From assembly GCA_012026655.1 (NCBI GenBank), contig JAAILG010000011.1, positions 62,001-126,000 on the forward strand: 64,000 bases of DNA, given 5' to 3'. How positions within the stretch are numbered: the stretch's first letter is position 1; each line of letters opens with the position of its first letter. This document shows positions 13,691-27,009 of this stretch, piece after piece. A program made the translations under genes and the position numbers. The stretch comes from Hydrolagus affinis. Lineage: Eukaryota. The notes under the pieces are model-generated. The model had not been told where the DNA came from, made no database searches, and was given only the letters and a program-made list of their open reading frames with translations.

Positions 13691-15604
13691 AGTCTCTTGT
13701 ACTTTGCTGTTTTGTTTTTATGTGGAGGATGTCAACATTTTTTATTAATGGAAGGTCAGTGGTTGATGTCTATGAATGAGCCCATTTAATGAGAATCCAT
13801 GTTCTCTCTCACAGTGGAAATGTAGAACCGAAACTGCCAATGATTTCCCCCCTCCTTTCGCTCCTTTCATTGCAGAAATGTTTTGAATGTCATTTCTAGA
13901 GGCTAGCGTGGACAAGGCAGCGAGGTGTCAGACAAAATCGATTCTGGACCTGAGTGAACATTTTCTACTTTGTTCAAAGAGACGGTCTCTGCCTGTGTCA
14001 TCAAAGAGTCCTGTTGTGTGGCACCTGTTAACACAATGACTGCAGGACTGGGTATGATACTGAGGAGGTTCCAAATAACATCAGCTCTAAATGTCAGCAT
14101 GTTTATATTGATGTCCTATTGGATAATTATAATACGATGATTGCAGTCAAATGAGGGTGGGAAGGAGATTTACATGCTACATGTTTGTAAACTGCGGAAG
14201 TCTTAAATAATGTACAATAGGAAGTCTGATATCTGCAACAAAGGGTTCCTGCATAATACAGTAAAACAACTGTAGAGTAAGGCATCTTGTGGAGTAATAC
14301 ACTCAACATTGCAAACTGGATATCAATGCTCGTCCCAAAAGAAAGTTAAGTTTATCGTTAAATCAATGCACTGCCAACAGTGGAGCAACTTTATATTTGT
14401 TCATGTATTAGTAATTGATTTCATTGGGCGGATTTAAATCCTGGTCTATCAATGTGAATTTGTAAGCTTTCAACATGTTTTAATTTTAAAAAAACAATTC
14501 GAGAGGTTCCTATCATCTACTGCAACTCTTGCCGGCACAGATGTTAACAACCCATACATTAGTAAATGGCTTCAGGCTGTACTGTTGGTGTATATAACAA
14601 TCCATATGCAGCTTTAGTCCAAATTTGAATGAGAAAAGTGAGAGGGTTATAGGTACTTTGCTGCAATGCACTTGCTACATATTAATAATAATAATAATCC
14701 TTGTACTGTATTTGGTATAGCACCGTATCACGTCTTCGAGATGCATCAAAGCGCTTCATAGAATATTCTGTAAAGTGAATTGACTGTACTGTATACTTCT
14801 GTGCACGCCATTCACCAGGGCCAGAAGCACCACATGTGGGCAGTGAGTCTCCCAAGAGCTCATTTAAGAAACCGCTTGATGCTTTAATGGTAGAGCCCTA
14901 GGGCAGTTTGTTTATTCTGGAAGCGTGAGATGAACTGTTTTCTGCCGAACAGTTTTTTTCATCTGAACCTCTCTTTGTAATCTTGTGAACTGAACAGAAG
15001 ATAGTGGTTGATCAAAATGTGGAAAATGGACGTTCTGCTGTGGAGATTAAACTAAGCACATTACCCATCCGATGTGGCTTATTACAAATGCTTCAAGGTG
15101 CTAGAAGTGAACTTCCTTCTCTTCTTGTTCCATTCCCTTCCCCCCTCCCCCACCCCCCCCCCCCCCAGTGGAAAAGATCTCTGCTGCTGGGGTCAGTGAG
15201 AAGGAAGTTCGACCAATGCGTTTCGAGCAGATAAATTGAAGAATAATTTCAAAACATTTGCAAAAAATCAGTACGTTTGGATAGAAATTGGCAACAGGTC
15301 AACTGAGTTATTTATATCCATTCACTCAAAGGATGGACTGTGCAGACATGGTGTGTCAGACTATAGTCCCTTGTTTCCTGCTCAAGCAGCTGAGTATTCG
15401 AGTGGGCTTTTCTCTGCAACAAAGGCTACTTTCACAAAGTTCGGCTATTGAACAAACGTCACACGAGATGGAGATAAAGAGCACAGAGATACTTTACAGG
15501 ATTTCAAAAAAAACATGCAGAAAAACCTTTATTGCATTAAAACCTTTTCTTGCATTTATGCTGTCTTCCACATAGGACTCGCTTGATGCCTATCCTGGAG
15601 GTAA

Positions 15605-16020
15605 ATAATAACCTTTACATTTGGTACAGCGCCTTTCATTTCAGGAGGACCTAGCAATGCCCTTCACGGGATACACCGTAAAATGGATTTAATGTGTTTT
15701 GTGGGTAAATGTGTCAGCCAACAGCAGTGTCCCACAAACAGCCATGGAGTAAATGATTGATTTTATCTGGGGCATTGTTACCAAGGACAGTGGGAAATAC
15801 TCCCTTGTGTTTTCTGATAGTGCCGTTGGATCTTCAACGTCTATCTAAATAGGCAATTAGGGACGTGATTTCAAACCTTATCCAAAGAATGACACCTCCA
15901 ACACTGCAGCGCTGCATGCGGTGTCATTTTAGACTGTGTGAGTTCACGTCTCTCCGCGTAGTGTTTGGATCCACAACCTTCTGACTCTGACCCGAGAGAG
16001 CAACTGACTGAGCCAGCCTG
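15605..16020 (-). mobile_element. Older Deu-domain SINE, near full length
   Basis: Reverse complement of the same Deu-like core (GATAGTGCCGTTGGATCTTCAACGTC..., ACAACCTTCTGACTCTGA..CTGAGCCA). Confidence 0.7.
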
Positions 16021-16365
16021 AGACACAATGTAGGTAGAAAGTGCCTCCTTCTGCCTTCAAGAGCTCCATTTCCATTGTTTGTCTTTGCCTTTGCCCAGAA
16101 TATATATTTGGCTTCATGCGTAATAACGTGACCTGGGTTGTGGCCTGCAATCAAAGTCCCGTGTCAGCATATCGCAGTGATGCAAGAAACACTCAGTGTT
16201 ATCAGAGGTTCCAAAACAGCTGCCTTTGTGGGATTTGCATCTGTCAGCAAGTTGTAGACGCATTCAGTGCTGTCGATGCTCTGTTCGCGATGTCTCTTTA
16301 TTTCAGTTCGATTTAACCCTTTTCTTTAAACAAGGCATTGATTATTTCTCCCGAGCATGCTGCTA

Positions 16366-16708
16366 AATAATAATATAATAATAATCCTTGCATTTGATAT
16401 AGCGCTTTCCACATCTTATCAACGTTCCAAAGCGCTTCACAGAATATACTGTAAAGTGAAATGACTGTACATATTTGTGGGTGAATTGCGGCAGCCAATT
16501 GCGCACAGCAGTGTCCCACACAGTCGTTGATTGAAATTACCAATTTTATTATTGTGGTTTTTTTGGAGGGATTATTATTAGGCGTGTGGAGTAAGGAAAC
16601 TTTCCCAAGGTTTCGCCCTGACCTGCTTGGATTCGAACACAGGTCTCCCCAGCTTGGTCTCCCCAGCTTGCAAGACAAGTGCTCTAACCACTGAGCCACA
16701 GGAGCTCC
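16366..16708 (-). mobile_element. tRNA-derived SINE, full length, with 14-bp internal tandem duplication
   Basis: Family head, body and tail; GGTCTCCCCAGCTT x2 at 16642-16669. Confidence 0.9.
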
Positions 16709-16724
16709 ACACACACATACAAGA

Positions 16725-16922
16725 TGACATTTGTAAAGCGCCTTTCATGTTGGGAGGATGTCTCAAGGCACTGAACAGTCAGGGATTATGACCCTGAAAA
16801 AGGGGGTTGGGATCAGGGAGTGTGGCGGAGGGCAGAGAGGGTAGGAGGGTGACCGAAGGAACAGTCGAAGAGGAGGGTCTTGAGGCGTGCCTTGAAGGAA
16901 GCAAGGATGGGAGCAAGGCAAA
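16725..16922 (-). mobile_element. L2-clade LINE 3' end
   Basis: Reverse complement reads SLLPSRHASR / in the adjacent frame ..ASFKARLKT.LFD, the typical L2 ORF2 C-terminus, followed by the stem-loop tail. Confidence 0.72.
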
Positions 16923-16925
16923 GGG

Positions 16926-17252
16926 AATAATAATAATAATAATCCTTGCATTTGATATAGCGCTTTTCATGTCTTTGTCTCAAAGCACTTCACAAAATAT
17001 ACTGTAAAGTGAATTGACTGTATATTTTGTGGGCGAAACGCGGCAGGGCGAAATTGCGCACAGCAGTGTCCCACAAACAGGCGTGTATTAAAATGACCAA
17101 ATTTTATTATTGTGGTTTTCTTTGGACGGATTATTATTAAGATTTGTGGAGTAAAGAAACCTGCCCAAGATTTCGCCCTGATCTGCCTGGATTCGAACAC
17201 AGGTCTCACGCTTGTAAGGCGAGTGCTGTAACCACTGAGCTACAGGAGCTCC
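16926..17252 (-). mobile_element. tRNA-derived SINE, full length
   Basis: Family head, body and (ATT)n tail. Confidence 0.9.
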
Positions 17253-17774
17253 ACAAAATGTCCGATGAGAAAGAAGCAAGCTTAAAAAGTGAATCCACTT
17301 GGAAAATAGCTTCCACTGTAGTAGAGAAGAGCACTGGCTTTTCATGTCGAATAATTTTAGCAGTTAAAATGGATGAAATTATGTATCTCATTATCAATAT
17401 TTACCCGAGAAAATAAATTCCCTTTTGAAACTTTGCAGCCTTTCCTTAAAAGGATACATTGTAATACTGAGCGGTGATAGCAAAACAGTGAAGTTGATTG
17501 TAACAAACGTGATCGCAAAGATCAAAAATACCCTTCAGCCTCGCCTCGTTCACACAGAACACCCTCCCTAGCTCTCCGCCAATTACATCACCTATAGTTA
17601 ATAGATTCATACTTGTTATGTTTAATCCAGGTGGACTGATGATCCATATATTGCTTCCAGGGATGTATGCCAGCAGTGATAAACAATAACTGCAATTTCA
17701 AGTTTTCAATCTCAGGGGAATGAATTTCTTAAAGCTCACCAAGGGGTTTCTAAATGTGACTTGACTTGCCAAAC

Positions 17775-18230
17775 ATGTGTGAGTTGTGTGGGTAGACCGT
17801 GTGTTGATGCACACTCTATGTGCAACCACATTACACTTGAGTAGTGCCTGACTAGGTTGTGTGTATGAATGAGGTTTGTATTGTGAGGAGGTGGTGGTGG
17901 TATTACATATGGGGTTTGTCGTGTGCTTCTAAATTTATTTTATGCACGGTAGATTGTGTGATGTAGGTTGAGACTGACATCTGTGGTGGGTACACTAAGT
18001 TGTATACAAAGGATAGGATGTCTATATGGATAGTGTGTCTGTCTGTGTGTGTTGGAGGGAGGCTGGCGGGGGTATTTTGTACGAAAGAATGTACCAGGAG
18101 AGGATTTTGTATGCATTATAGATTTTGTGTGATGGTTATTTCTGTAAAGGTTGTGTTGGAGCTAGATTGTGAGTGGGGTGGATTGTCTGTTGTGGGTAAT
18201 ATGTGTGGGATAGGTTGTGTGTGGGCACCA
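17775..18230 (+). repeat. Degenerate TG-rich low-complexity tract
   Basis: Strong G/T strand bias with many GTGT/TGTG words and no clean period. Confidence 0.6.
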
Positions 18231-18935
18231 TGAGGAGAAATGGATAGTGCGCATTGGAAAAACGATGGAAATGATTGGGCTTTGCAATCGATGTGGGGGA
18301 GTTGCAGTTAAATCAGGTGGAAGAGCAAATTTCACTTTGTCGTTCATAATGGCTGTTCCTAATAGGCCTGCGTAGGGCTTGCTGTCAGTCAGAGACAATT
18401 CTTCACCTGGGGCAGTTCAATGCCTTCACTATAATCCACGAAGTCTGAATGACAGCCTGCGTTCCACAGGCCCAATGTGAACAGATGGCCAACAACATTT
18501 GTTTACTCAGACTGAATTGTTGATTTGTTACACCTTTAATACAGAACAGACTGAATTCTGCGGGTCCTTGGGGGATCCTATCATTTTATGAGTAATGTTG
18601 ATTCACCCACTAAAGGGTTTACTCAGTGCAAGGTAAAAAAAAATCAATCTGTTACTATTACTCTGGGAAATAGTGTTGTAGTTTTGTGTGAGAGCATTAC
18701 ATATGGACAAGTGTGGGCATTGTAAGAACCTGAATAGGCATTTTGGTCCATCAAACCTACTCTGCAATTCTTTTGGCTTGTGTCTGAGCTCTTTCTAATA
18801 CCTTTTCTTCATATCCCCCATTACTCTTTATTTCCTAAGTAGCTATATATCTACCTCCGTCTCCTCTCAAACACCTCAAGCTTTTCTGCATCTATGCCTC
18901 CTGAAAGTGAGCATTCCTCATTCTCTCAACATGAG

Positions 18936-19270
18936 ATAATAATAATCCTTCCATTTGATATAGCCCTTTTCACATCCTCTAGACGTCTCAAAGCGCTTCA
19001 CAAAATATACTGTAAAGCGAATTGGGTGTATATTTGTGGGAGAAACACGGCAGCCAGTTGCACTCACAAGTGTCCCACAGTGACCAAATATTAATTTTTT
19101 TATGAGGGATTATTATCCCAGGAAAAGCAATCCGCCAATCGACTAACGATTGAGTTCTGACTTACTGCTAGGTAAACAGAGGCCTGTGGAGTAAGGAAAC
19201 TTGCCCAGCATTTCACCCTGGGTCTCTCGTTTGGGTGAGGTGAGTAGCCTGTAACCACTGAGTACAGGAC
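18936..19270 (-). mobile_element. tRNA-derived SINE, long variant, inserted in a CR1 fragment
   Basis: Family tail and head with extra internal segment (GACTTACTGCTAGGTAAACAGAGGCC). Confidence 0.8.
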
Positions 19271-21519
19271 AGATGTGTTCTGAATTCACTTTTAAGCTGC
19301 TTAACTGAAATTCCCGGGTTATGTGTAATGTTCAAGCATTAAAATTGGATTCAAATGTATGAGTCCCTCGTGCGATTGTGATAATGGGTAAAATAACACT
19401 GATTACCACAAATTTACACTAATTACCATCCAACACGTATTGTTTATGTACCAGGAATGCTGTGCAACCTTTACAATCTGCTCACTGGCCACACCTTGAA
19501 CTGTAATTCTTTTCTTCGCTCGAATCACAGCAGCCGATTGCACACAGCAGTGCCCCAATGTGCTGTCCGAGGATTAAAAATGTCACAGAGCCAGCCCCAC
19601 GGCTTAGGCTGAGGCATATTGTCCGGGCAAAATACAGTCGGCTTTTACTCTGCGTCTATTCACGTGGCTCCTCATCTGGGAGTGCTTGATGCTGATGTGG
19701 AACACTGGGACGGGGAAGCGTTGTGTTCTTCAGCAACGCTGTCCATCACACTTGGTAATAAAGTAAGGTTTGCTCTGAAAAACCTTAGCCATGAGACGTT
19801 AAACCAAGATCCCGACTGTCTGTTAAGGTGGGAGTTAAAGATCCTACCACGCCATTCGAAAAGAATGCCCTGACTGACAATCCCCAAATAAAATTGATCA
19901 CTCGCTCCTTGGCTTTTCCAATGCCTTGGGAAGCCCTCCAGACATGAGAGAGGAGGTATATAAATGTAATTTTGTTGTTGATTTTGTGGGATGCTGCTGT
20001 GCGCAACCGGTTACTGTGTTTTACTCACAAAATAGATAGTCAGTGCATTTTACAGTGTATCCTGTGAAGTGCTTTGAGTCGTCTTGACGACGTGAAAGGT
20101 GCTGTATAAAAAAATGCAAGGATTATGTTATAAATAGAACCCCCACCCCCTCCAGCACCAAAGGGGAGGTTTACTTGAGAAGTGATGACTGCTGCCTTGC
20201 AAGAGTGATCAGCTTTGCTGTTCCGTTGGGGCAAGAGAAAAAATTATAGGCAAAACAACACTGCCAAGTAACAGGCTTAGTCGTCATCTTGGGTCATCGG
20301 GTGCATCTCAGCTGCAAAGGAGACCATTTGCACTTAACAGGAATTTAATACCATGAAAATGATTGGAAAAATAAATCTATACATGGATACTAGGCAGCTC
20401 CTGTGAATTAGTTCAGCCTGTGTTCAAATGGAATGATTTCAAGGTTATTTTCATCACTGGCAATCTAATAAGGAAATGTCATTGGTACTGGGTTTTTTTT
20501 TACGAGTGAAGTGGTAAATATTTCACCATTCTCTAGTCAAATTTGGCAGTTAATGTTTTTCAGTAGTACATAATATGAATTCCCTCTCTCTCTCCCTCTC
20601 ATTTTTCTCTCTCTCTTTCTCTCTGCCTTCCCCTTAGCCACTTTCCTGAAGCAATGGGTGTGCCAGCCAGTGCCTCTGTGTAGCTATTATTATTATTATT
20701 TATTATTATTATAACCATCTGCCAAATAACAGTGATTTGAGAACCTTCTGATTTTCCTTCTCTCACCCATCCCCCGCCATCGTTCATGTAGGTTATAAGA
20801 AATCTAGGTTGATGAATGAGTGTGTATGGGGTATGGGGGTGCTCATCAAAATCAAAACTTGCGTTAAGTGATGTATTTGTATGTAAGCATGATGACTTTT
20901 GAAAAAAACATTAGCCAACTCTGATCAACTGCTCCCTGCGGCCCTCTGATCACTTTGTGACACCCTCTTCCTGATATGAAAGGCACGATATAAATTGTAT
21001 TGTAGCAATGGCCAAACCTTCAGCCGCTATTCTCCCCCTCTCTCTCAAGCTCTCCCCCCAAATCCCTTTGCTTTACGCCTTCAAAATCCAAATGAATGGG
21101 AAATCAGCGCCTTTGATCAGCACCCACAAATTCAGCCTCCTCTCCTTGCTCAGTGATCCCCACCTTGTTAACGGGGTGCTTTGACCATTAAAAACTCAAC
21201 GTAAGTCGAGAGGTCCCTGAATACGATGTGTGAAATCCGAATGGGACGAGTCGCTTACAAAATCCCTTCTAAGTGGATGGGATTTAAAAGCTCACGTCTG
21301 AGTGCTTGCACATGATTCATGACGTTTGTCTATTACTTTGCAATGGAACAATGAATTCATTTGAGGGATAGCCACAGAGTGTACTGTACATACTCAGTGA
21401 TCAGAGACTGTTTAGGATCTTTTTTTAAAAAAAACATTGACTGTGTTTGTTTTGCCCTCTGTCCCCCACTTCTCCCTTTTCATTTGGTTTGAATCTATCT
21501 TGACCTCGTTTTCCATTAG

Positions 21520-21890
21520 GTTTGGATCAGTTGGTATTACTCTCACTTCTGAATCAGAAGATTGTGGGTTCAAGCCCACGATCGGGACTTCAATAAACTT
21601 ACAGGCTAGACTGACGCTCATACACTTCTGGGGAGTTCTGAATTGTTGTCGTTGTCCTTTGGATGAGACACTAAACTAAGATCTTATCCACCTGTTCAGA
21701 TGAATGTTAAAGACCTAATAGCACTATTCCTCCCAGTGCCCTGGTCAACAATCTATCAGAACAAATTAATCATTTACTTCATGGCTATTTGTGGGACACT
21801 GCTGTGCGAACATTTCACCCGCAAAATATGAGTTTTGAGACTTTCTCCTGACATGAAAAGCACTATATTGAATGCAAGATTCTTATTGTA
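21520..21890 (+). mobile_element. Older Deu-domain SINE (SacSINE1/AmnSINE1-like), near full length
   Basis: Head ..CTCACTTCTGAATCAGAAGATTGTGGGTTCAAGCCC and Deu-like TTTGGATGAGACACTAAAC..GAATGTTAAAGACC..GCACTATTC; similarity judged from recalled consensus. Confidence 0.7.
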
Positions 21891-21999
21891 TAATATCGTG
21901 AAAAACACACACACACACGATCCTCGAGGGAATCTTTCTTCATTCGTTTCACTTCATCTGCAAGTTGTTGTGACTAATTATTTGGAATGCTTATTGTAA

Positions 22000-22579
22000 C
22001 AAAATAAGCAGCAGCTCTGAATGAGAAATTGTTTGCAAATGAAGTCACAGACTTCCTTACTGCAGCTTCTTATCCATAAATATAAAACATCCGTGCACAT
22101 CAAAGCGTGTATATTAATATTGCACGTAGCCCTCCCAGGTCCTGTGCAAGTGCAAATGAATGATACACTTAATTAATGATTTGACATGACAAAGGAACAT
22201 TTTTTTTGGATTGGCAACAACCATTTATCTTGAAAGATTCAGGCTTCAAAGCTCAGCTGCCTTTTGCATCGTCTACAGAGAACCTACCTGTTTTGTCACT
22301 CAGTGTGTGAGCAGCAGCCTGAGCTGATGATTTTCAGAGGACAGAGAGAGAGGGAGGGAGAGAGAGAGAGAGAGTGTGAGTGCCTGTGCCTGTGTGTGGA
22401 ATTGCTGCTGTAGGTGTGGTTTAATGAATCCTGCCTGTGTCTGAGCACCTGAGGTTAGCTTGTAAATTGGAAGATTTTTTTAAGGCACTGCTGGATAATG
22501 CTCGGATTGTGGCAGATCCCCTTCGCGAGGCTGATCTCGGGATCGCTCTGCCATGCTACAGGCCTTTGTGCTGTAAAAC
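22000..22579 (+). promoter_or_regulatory. Probable TUB promoter/5'UTR region
   Basis: Free of recognisable retroposons and directly upstream of the start codon. Contains a GA-repeat (~22340-22375), locally more CpGs (22500-22550) and an A/T-rich TTAATTAA motif. The TSS is not determinable from sequence. Confidence 0.5.
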
Positions 22580-22617
22580 ATGAGTTCTAAGCATCTCTCT
22601 GACTGGATCCCTTACAG
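22580..22617 (+). CDS. TUB: TUB coding exon 1 (MSSKHLSDWIPYS)
   Basis: aaacATGAGTTCTAAGCATCTCTCTGACTGGATCCCTTACAG|gtacgt; resembles mammalian Tub N-terminus MTSKPHSDWIPYS; phase 2 fits exon 2. Confidence 0.93.
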
Positions 22618-25414
22618 GTACGTACTGCTGGCATGTTTATCATTTTGTGCATCCCTTGTGTTTCTTCTGCCTGTGAGGATAGAGTACAATATTTGCTCAG
22701 CTGCTTTGCATCTTGAAAGTAATGTCCTGAATTGTGAGCTGTGACAAAAAATACCTCAGCTTTGTGCGATGCTTTAATGTTGTGGTGTAAGCCGCGATCT
22801 ACAACCGGTTTTGCTTTTACTCTCAGCAGCCGCATCAGGGAAATTAGTTGATAATGTGGCTCGCAGTGATTAGCTCAGGCTCTTTCTCCTTCTCTCCCGC
22901 CTCCAGGCAGCTAATGCCGCTGATGTTTAAGGTTACAGTGCGAATGGCTTTGCTGGTCACAGCGCAGACACATTGAGCTTATCTCGGCAGCGAGTGTGGC
23001 TTGTTCGTTACGGTGAATCACTGCGTAAGACACAGTGTCAAGTGAGGTTCAGTGATTGTCGTGTTAGCGGTGGTGTTTAAGAAGGGGGTGAACGGAAGGG
23101 AAGACGGTAAATAGATGGGGTGGAAGAGAAGTTGAAGGGGGAAAAGACAGGGTAAGTCAGATGAACAGCTTTCATTTTTGTCACAAAGATACAGTATATG
23201 GTCAGCAAACACCACTAGAACCTGTTTTTAATGTGATTTACCTCATTCAGTCACTTGGTTGGAAAGTAACCCCAAACTAATATTTGTTAAGCATAGAATT
23301 ACACAAAAGATAAGAGCGCAGAAACAGGTATCCAGCCCAATTAGTCCTGCCAGTTTTTTTATTCCAAATAAATCTCCGCACCTCTTAAACCCCTTTCCCA
23401 TTCCCCCTTTATTCCCGATTACTTGCACTTCCAACCCCACCAAAACTTTTAACAGATTCACTCCGCACTTACAAATTGTGGCTCCTTGTTCATCAAACTT
23501 TCTTCCCCTTTCTCCGTCCACCCGCCCACCCCCCACCTCCCATCAGAAAAATATATGTGTGGCTCACTTGGGATTACACACCAAGAAATGTTCTGGTTCA
23601 CTGCAGGACCGTAAAACCAACTATTAATGCTGTGCACATAAACAAAGTTCTGCTTAGGAAGTAAAGGCAGTTTCCGGCCTTTATGTTCATTGAAAGGGGA
23701 AGGTTTGTGATCTAAGAATAGAATCTATCAAACGTCCTGCTAAGTGGGTACACAAAGCCAGCCTGATGTGCACCGAATGTGAAATTGGTGCTGTGCGGCA
23801 TGATTGAGAATCTAGGGCAGAATCCTCTCCCTATTTCATGTCCGTAGTAATAATAATTTGCGTTTATGTGTGAGCCTTGCACTTTTATGTATAGGCCTTG
23901 CATTTGATAGCAAATGCCTTTCACATCAGAAGGGACATCCCATAGTGCTGCCACGGGATTCACTGAAAAAGGTGGTTTGCGGGCAAACGTATAGCGCCTT
24001 TCAAGTCAAAATAAACCTCTTGAAGCACTTTGCAAAATATGTTTAGCGGTGAAAGCGAATGTGGTTATATAGGAAACAATTCCATCTCTAATCTAACACC
24101 TGGAAAAGAAGAGCAGAGGAGGTCTATCCTCCCCACCCCCACCTCCCCACCCTGAACACATCTTATAACAAATTGTGTCGGAGCTGCTGCCATGGAGAAA
24201 ACCTAAATGCCATGGCAGCACCACTACATCTGCTCCTGCCATTGGTCCGCGGTTGCCATAAGTTACCATGTCTCCATGTCTCTTAGTCTGGATGCGATCG
24301 CGTCACAGGAGCAAAGCACCTGTCATGTGGAGGCAGCTCTGTCTCTGTCTCTCACCAACGTGCTCGCCTGGTTTACAGGATTGATGTGCGATGGAGTCTG
24401 AGACTTGTGAACACTATGGTATCCTGTGCGAATAGTCAATCTGCTGCTCTTCTGAAGGGCATGAACCTAACGAGTTATTGAGTGTTGTTTGGACTTAACC
24501 CATTCCTTACAATTCCTTCTTTATGATGTGCCATGAACGTTCGCTATCTATTGTGAAATAGTAGCTGTTACTACAGATTACTGCCTTCCGTGTTATTTGT
24601 TCTTCATTTTTCACCCGTAACTTAATTCATTCAATTCTCATTACTAATGATTGACTCCTTTGTTTGTTGAGTCAGTGGGAGAGTTATCATTCATTGCTGG
24701 TTAAACAGATGTAGAACTCTCATTGAGGCTGTGTCAGTTCTAACATCCAAGGATGTTAGTAATAGTAATAATAGTAACAACAATAATACAGTAATTTGGT
24801 CACTCAATCCACGGCTGTTTGTAGGACACTGCTGTGCGCACGTCTCAAAGTGCTTCAGAGAATATACTGTAAAGTGAATTGACTGCATAATTGACGGCTG
24901 AAAACACAGCAGCTAATTGCGCACAGCAGTGTCCCACAAACAGGCAGGGATTGAGTGACCAAATTATTATTGTGTTTTTTTTTAGGGATTATTATTAGGG
25001 AAGTGGAATAAGAAACTTGCCTCAACAGGAGGCTGGTTCAGAGCACTTCACCAGATATACTGCAAAGAGTAGTGACTGTATGTTTTGTAGGCAAAATGAT
25101 GTTAGTCAGTTTGCATCCTGCAGCATGTGAGCTGGCCACTTCTTTGCATAGATGTTACGTTACCTTAACCCATTACGTATTGAATTACTCCTGCAGATTC
25201 CCCAACTGGTTATTCATCACCTAATAATTTCAGGTACTTTGTTTCCTCCGTTGCCTGGCTTAATACTGTAAAATATCTATTCAGTTTCAGATAGTTTGCT
25301 ATGGCGTTTTTAAAAAGTAATTTGGAATCCATCCTGTGTTTATGACTCAGAGATTATCACTTAACGAACAATTTTAATTTGTGTAGTCTCTTAATGCAAT
25401 AACTGAAAAGTCTC

Positions 25415-25650
25415 AAGTTACATAGAGTTACATAAGGCAGAGAAACAGGCAATTCAACCTAACTAGTCCGTGCAGGTGTTTATACTCCACACTAGCTCCC
25501 ACCCCTCCTATTCCCCTCTCCCGTACCCCTCTATTCCCTTCTCACTCATGCACCACATTTTCCCTTTACTACTTTGCTTCAACCATAACTAATGGGGCTA
25601 TGGGTTTCACATTCTCATCAGCCTCTGCATGAGACGTTGCTTCTAAAAAC
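25415..25650 (-). mobile_element. CR1-clade LINE 3' end
   Basis: CATAGAGTTACATAAGGCAGAGAAACAGGCAATTCAACC.. reverse-tail pattern; similar copy at ~23290-23510 and CR1-like fragments at ~1735-1890 and ~18715-18935. Confidence 0.55.
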
Positions 25651-26394
25651 TACTAACCATTATTTGAGAACTCTTGTCTCACAAAAAAATAAAATAATAA
25701 GAGGTTCACAAGGTTGGTGGGATAAAGGCCATTTGATTTTATCCTTCCAGATACACCTGCCCTGCCATCTTCCCAGATGCAGCACCTTGGGCCGTCCTTC
25801 CGATGTGAAGGGTGCTTAACAAATGCAATTTTTTGTTGTTGTTGTTGTTGTACCCATCTCAGCGCCAAGCTATGTTTTAAATGAATCCAGTGTCCTAACC
25901 TTAATCACCCTTCCTGGTAAAGATTTAAAAGCATTCCAGAGTCTCTATAAACAAACACTTGAGTTGTGAGGTCCATTGATCTGTATAGCCTGTATAACAA
26001 CCAGTGAAGAAGAATATGTACTTGTTCACGAAGATTGGTACATTTATCAACAAGCAGTGAATGTTCTTTTTACTTCCCTTGGAAGAGGAAAACAAAACAT
26101 TGAAAGGAAATCTGACAATAAATAAATTGGAGAATGCTTCCATTTCCAGCAATTGAATGTATTGTTTCTTTTGTGTGTCCTGTCCTGAATTTTGTCCCAT
26201 ATTATATGTTTTGCCATGGTATCCAAAGAACAAATGTTCTCAAAAGCAACACATTTAAGAGCATGTTCAACAGTGATTATTTTTCACCTTTGTCAGACCC
26301 GATAACCTTTTCATGGAGGTTATTAATGCATGGAAAAGGTTTCATTCTTTATTTGCTAGAATTTTTTTTGAACATGTTTACATTGAGATCATCA

Positions 26395-26700
26395 TAACCC
26401 TTGCATTTGATATGGTGCCTTATTGTATTGTTAAAACTCGAAGCATGACACAGGTTTTACTATAAACTGTAGTGACTGTGCATTTGTAGGCAAACATAGC
26501 AGCCAATTTATGCAGAGCCATGTCCCTCAGACAGCCATGAAGCAAATGAATATTTAGAGGATTATTGGCCAGGACACCTGGAGAAACTCCCGTCTCTTTT
26601 CAAACTGACGTCATGGGATTTTTAATGTCCACCTGAATGAGTAGACAGGACCTCAGTTTAACGTTGTGGCAGAAGGGCAGCACTTCATTGGGACGTCCTG
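26395..26700 (-). mobile_element. Older Deu-domain SINE interrupted by young SINE
   Basis: CATGGGATTTTTAATGTCCACCTGAATGAGTAGACAGGACCTCAGTTTAACG core. Confidence 0.7.
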
Positions 26701-26701
26701 T

Positions 26702-27009
26702 GAAGTCCTGTAGCTCAGTGGTTAGAGCACTCGCCTTGCAAACAAGAGACCTGGGTTCAAATACAGGTGAAACCTTGGGCAAATTTCCTTACTTCACACG
26801 CCTAATAATAATCCCTCGACAACCCCCCAAATAATAAATTGATCATTTCAATCCACTGTTTGTGGGACACTGCTGTGTGCAATTGGCTGCTGCGTTTCAC
26901 CCACAAATATAGTTAATTCATTTTACAGTCAATTCTGTGAAGTGCTTTGAGACATCTACAAGATGTGAAAAGCCACGATACCAAATGCAAGGATTATTAT
27001 TATTATTAT
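26702..27009 (+). mobile_element. tRNA-derived SINE, full length, nested in an older Deu-type SINE
   Basis: Family head, body and tail; flanks resume Deu-SINE sequence. Confidence 0.9.

Noticed and set aside
16313-17397. Family of similar ORFs (APVAQWLEHS..., [18 protein letters not shown]) recurring across the window
   Set aside because: They are translations of SINE copies, with frames broken differently in each copy.
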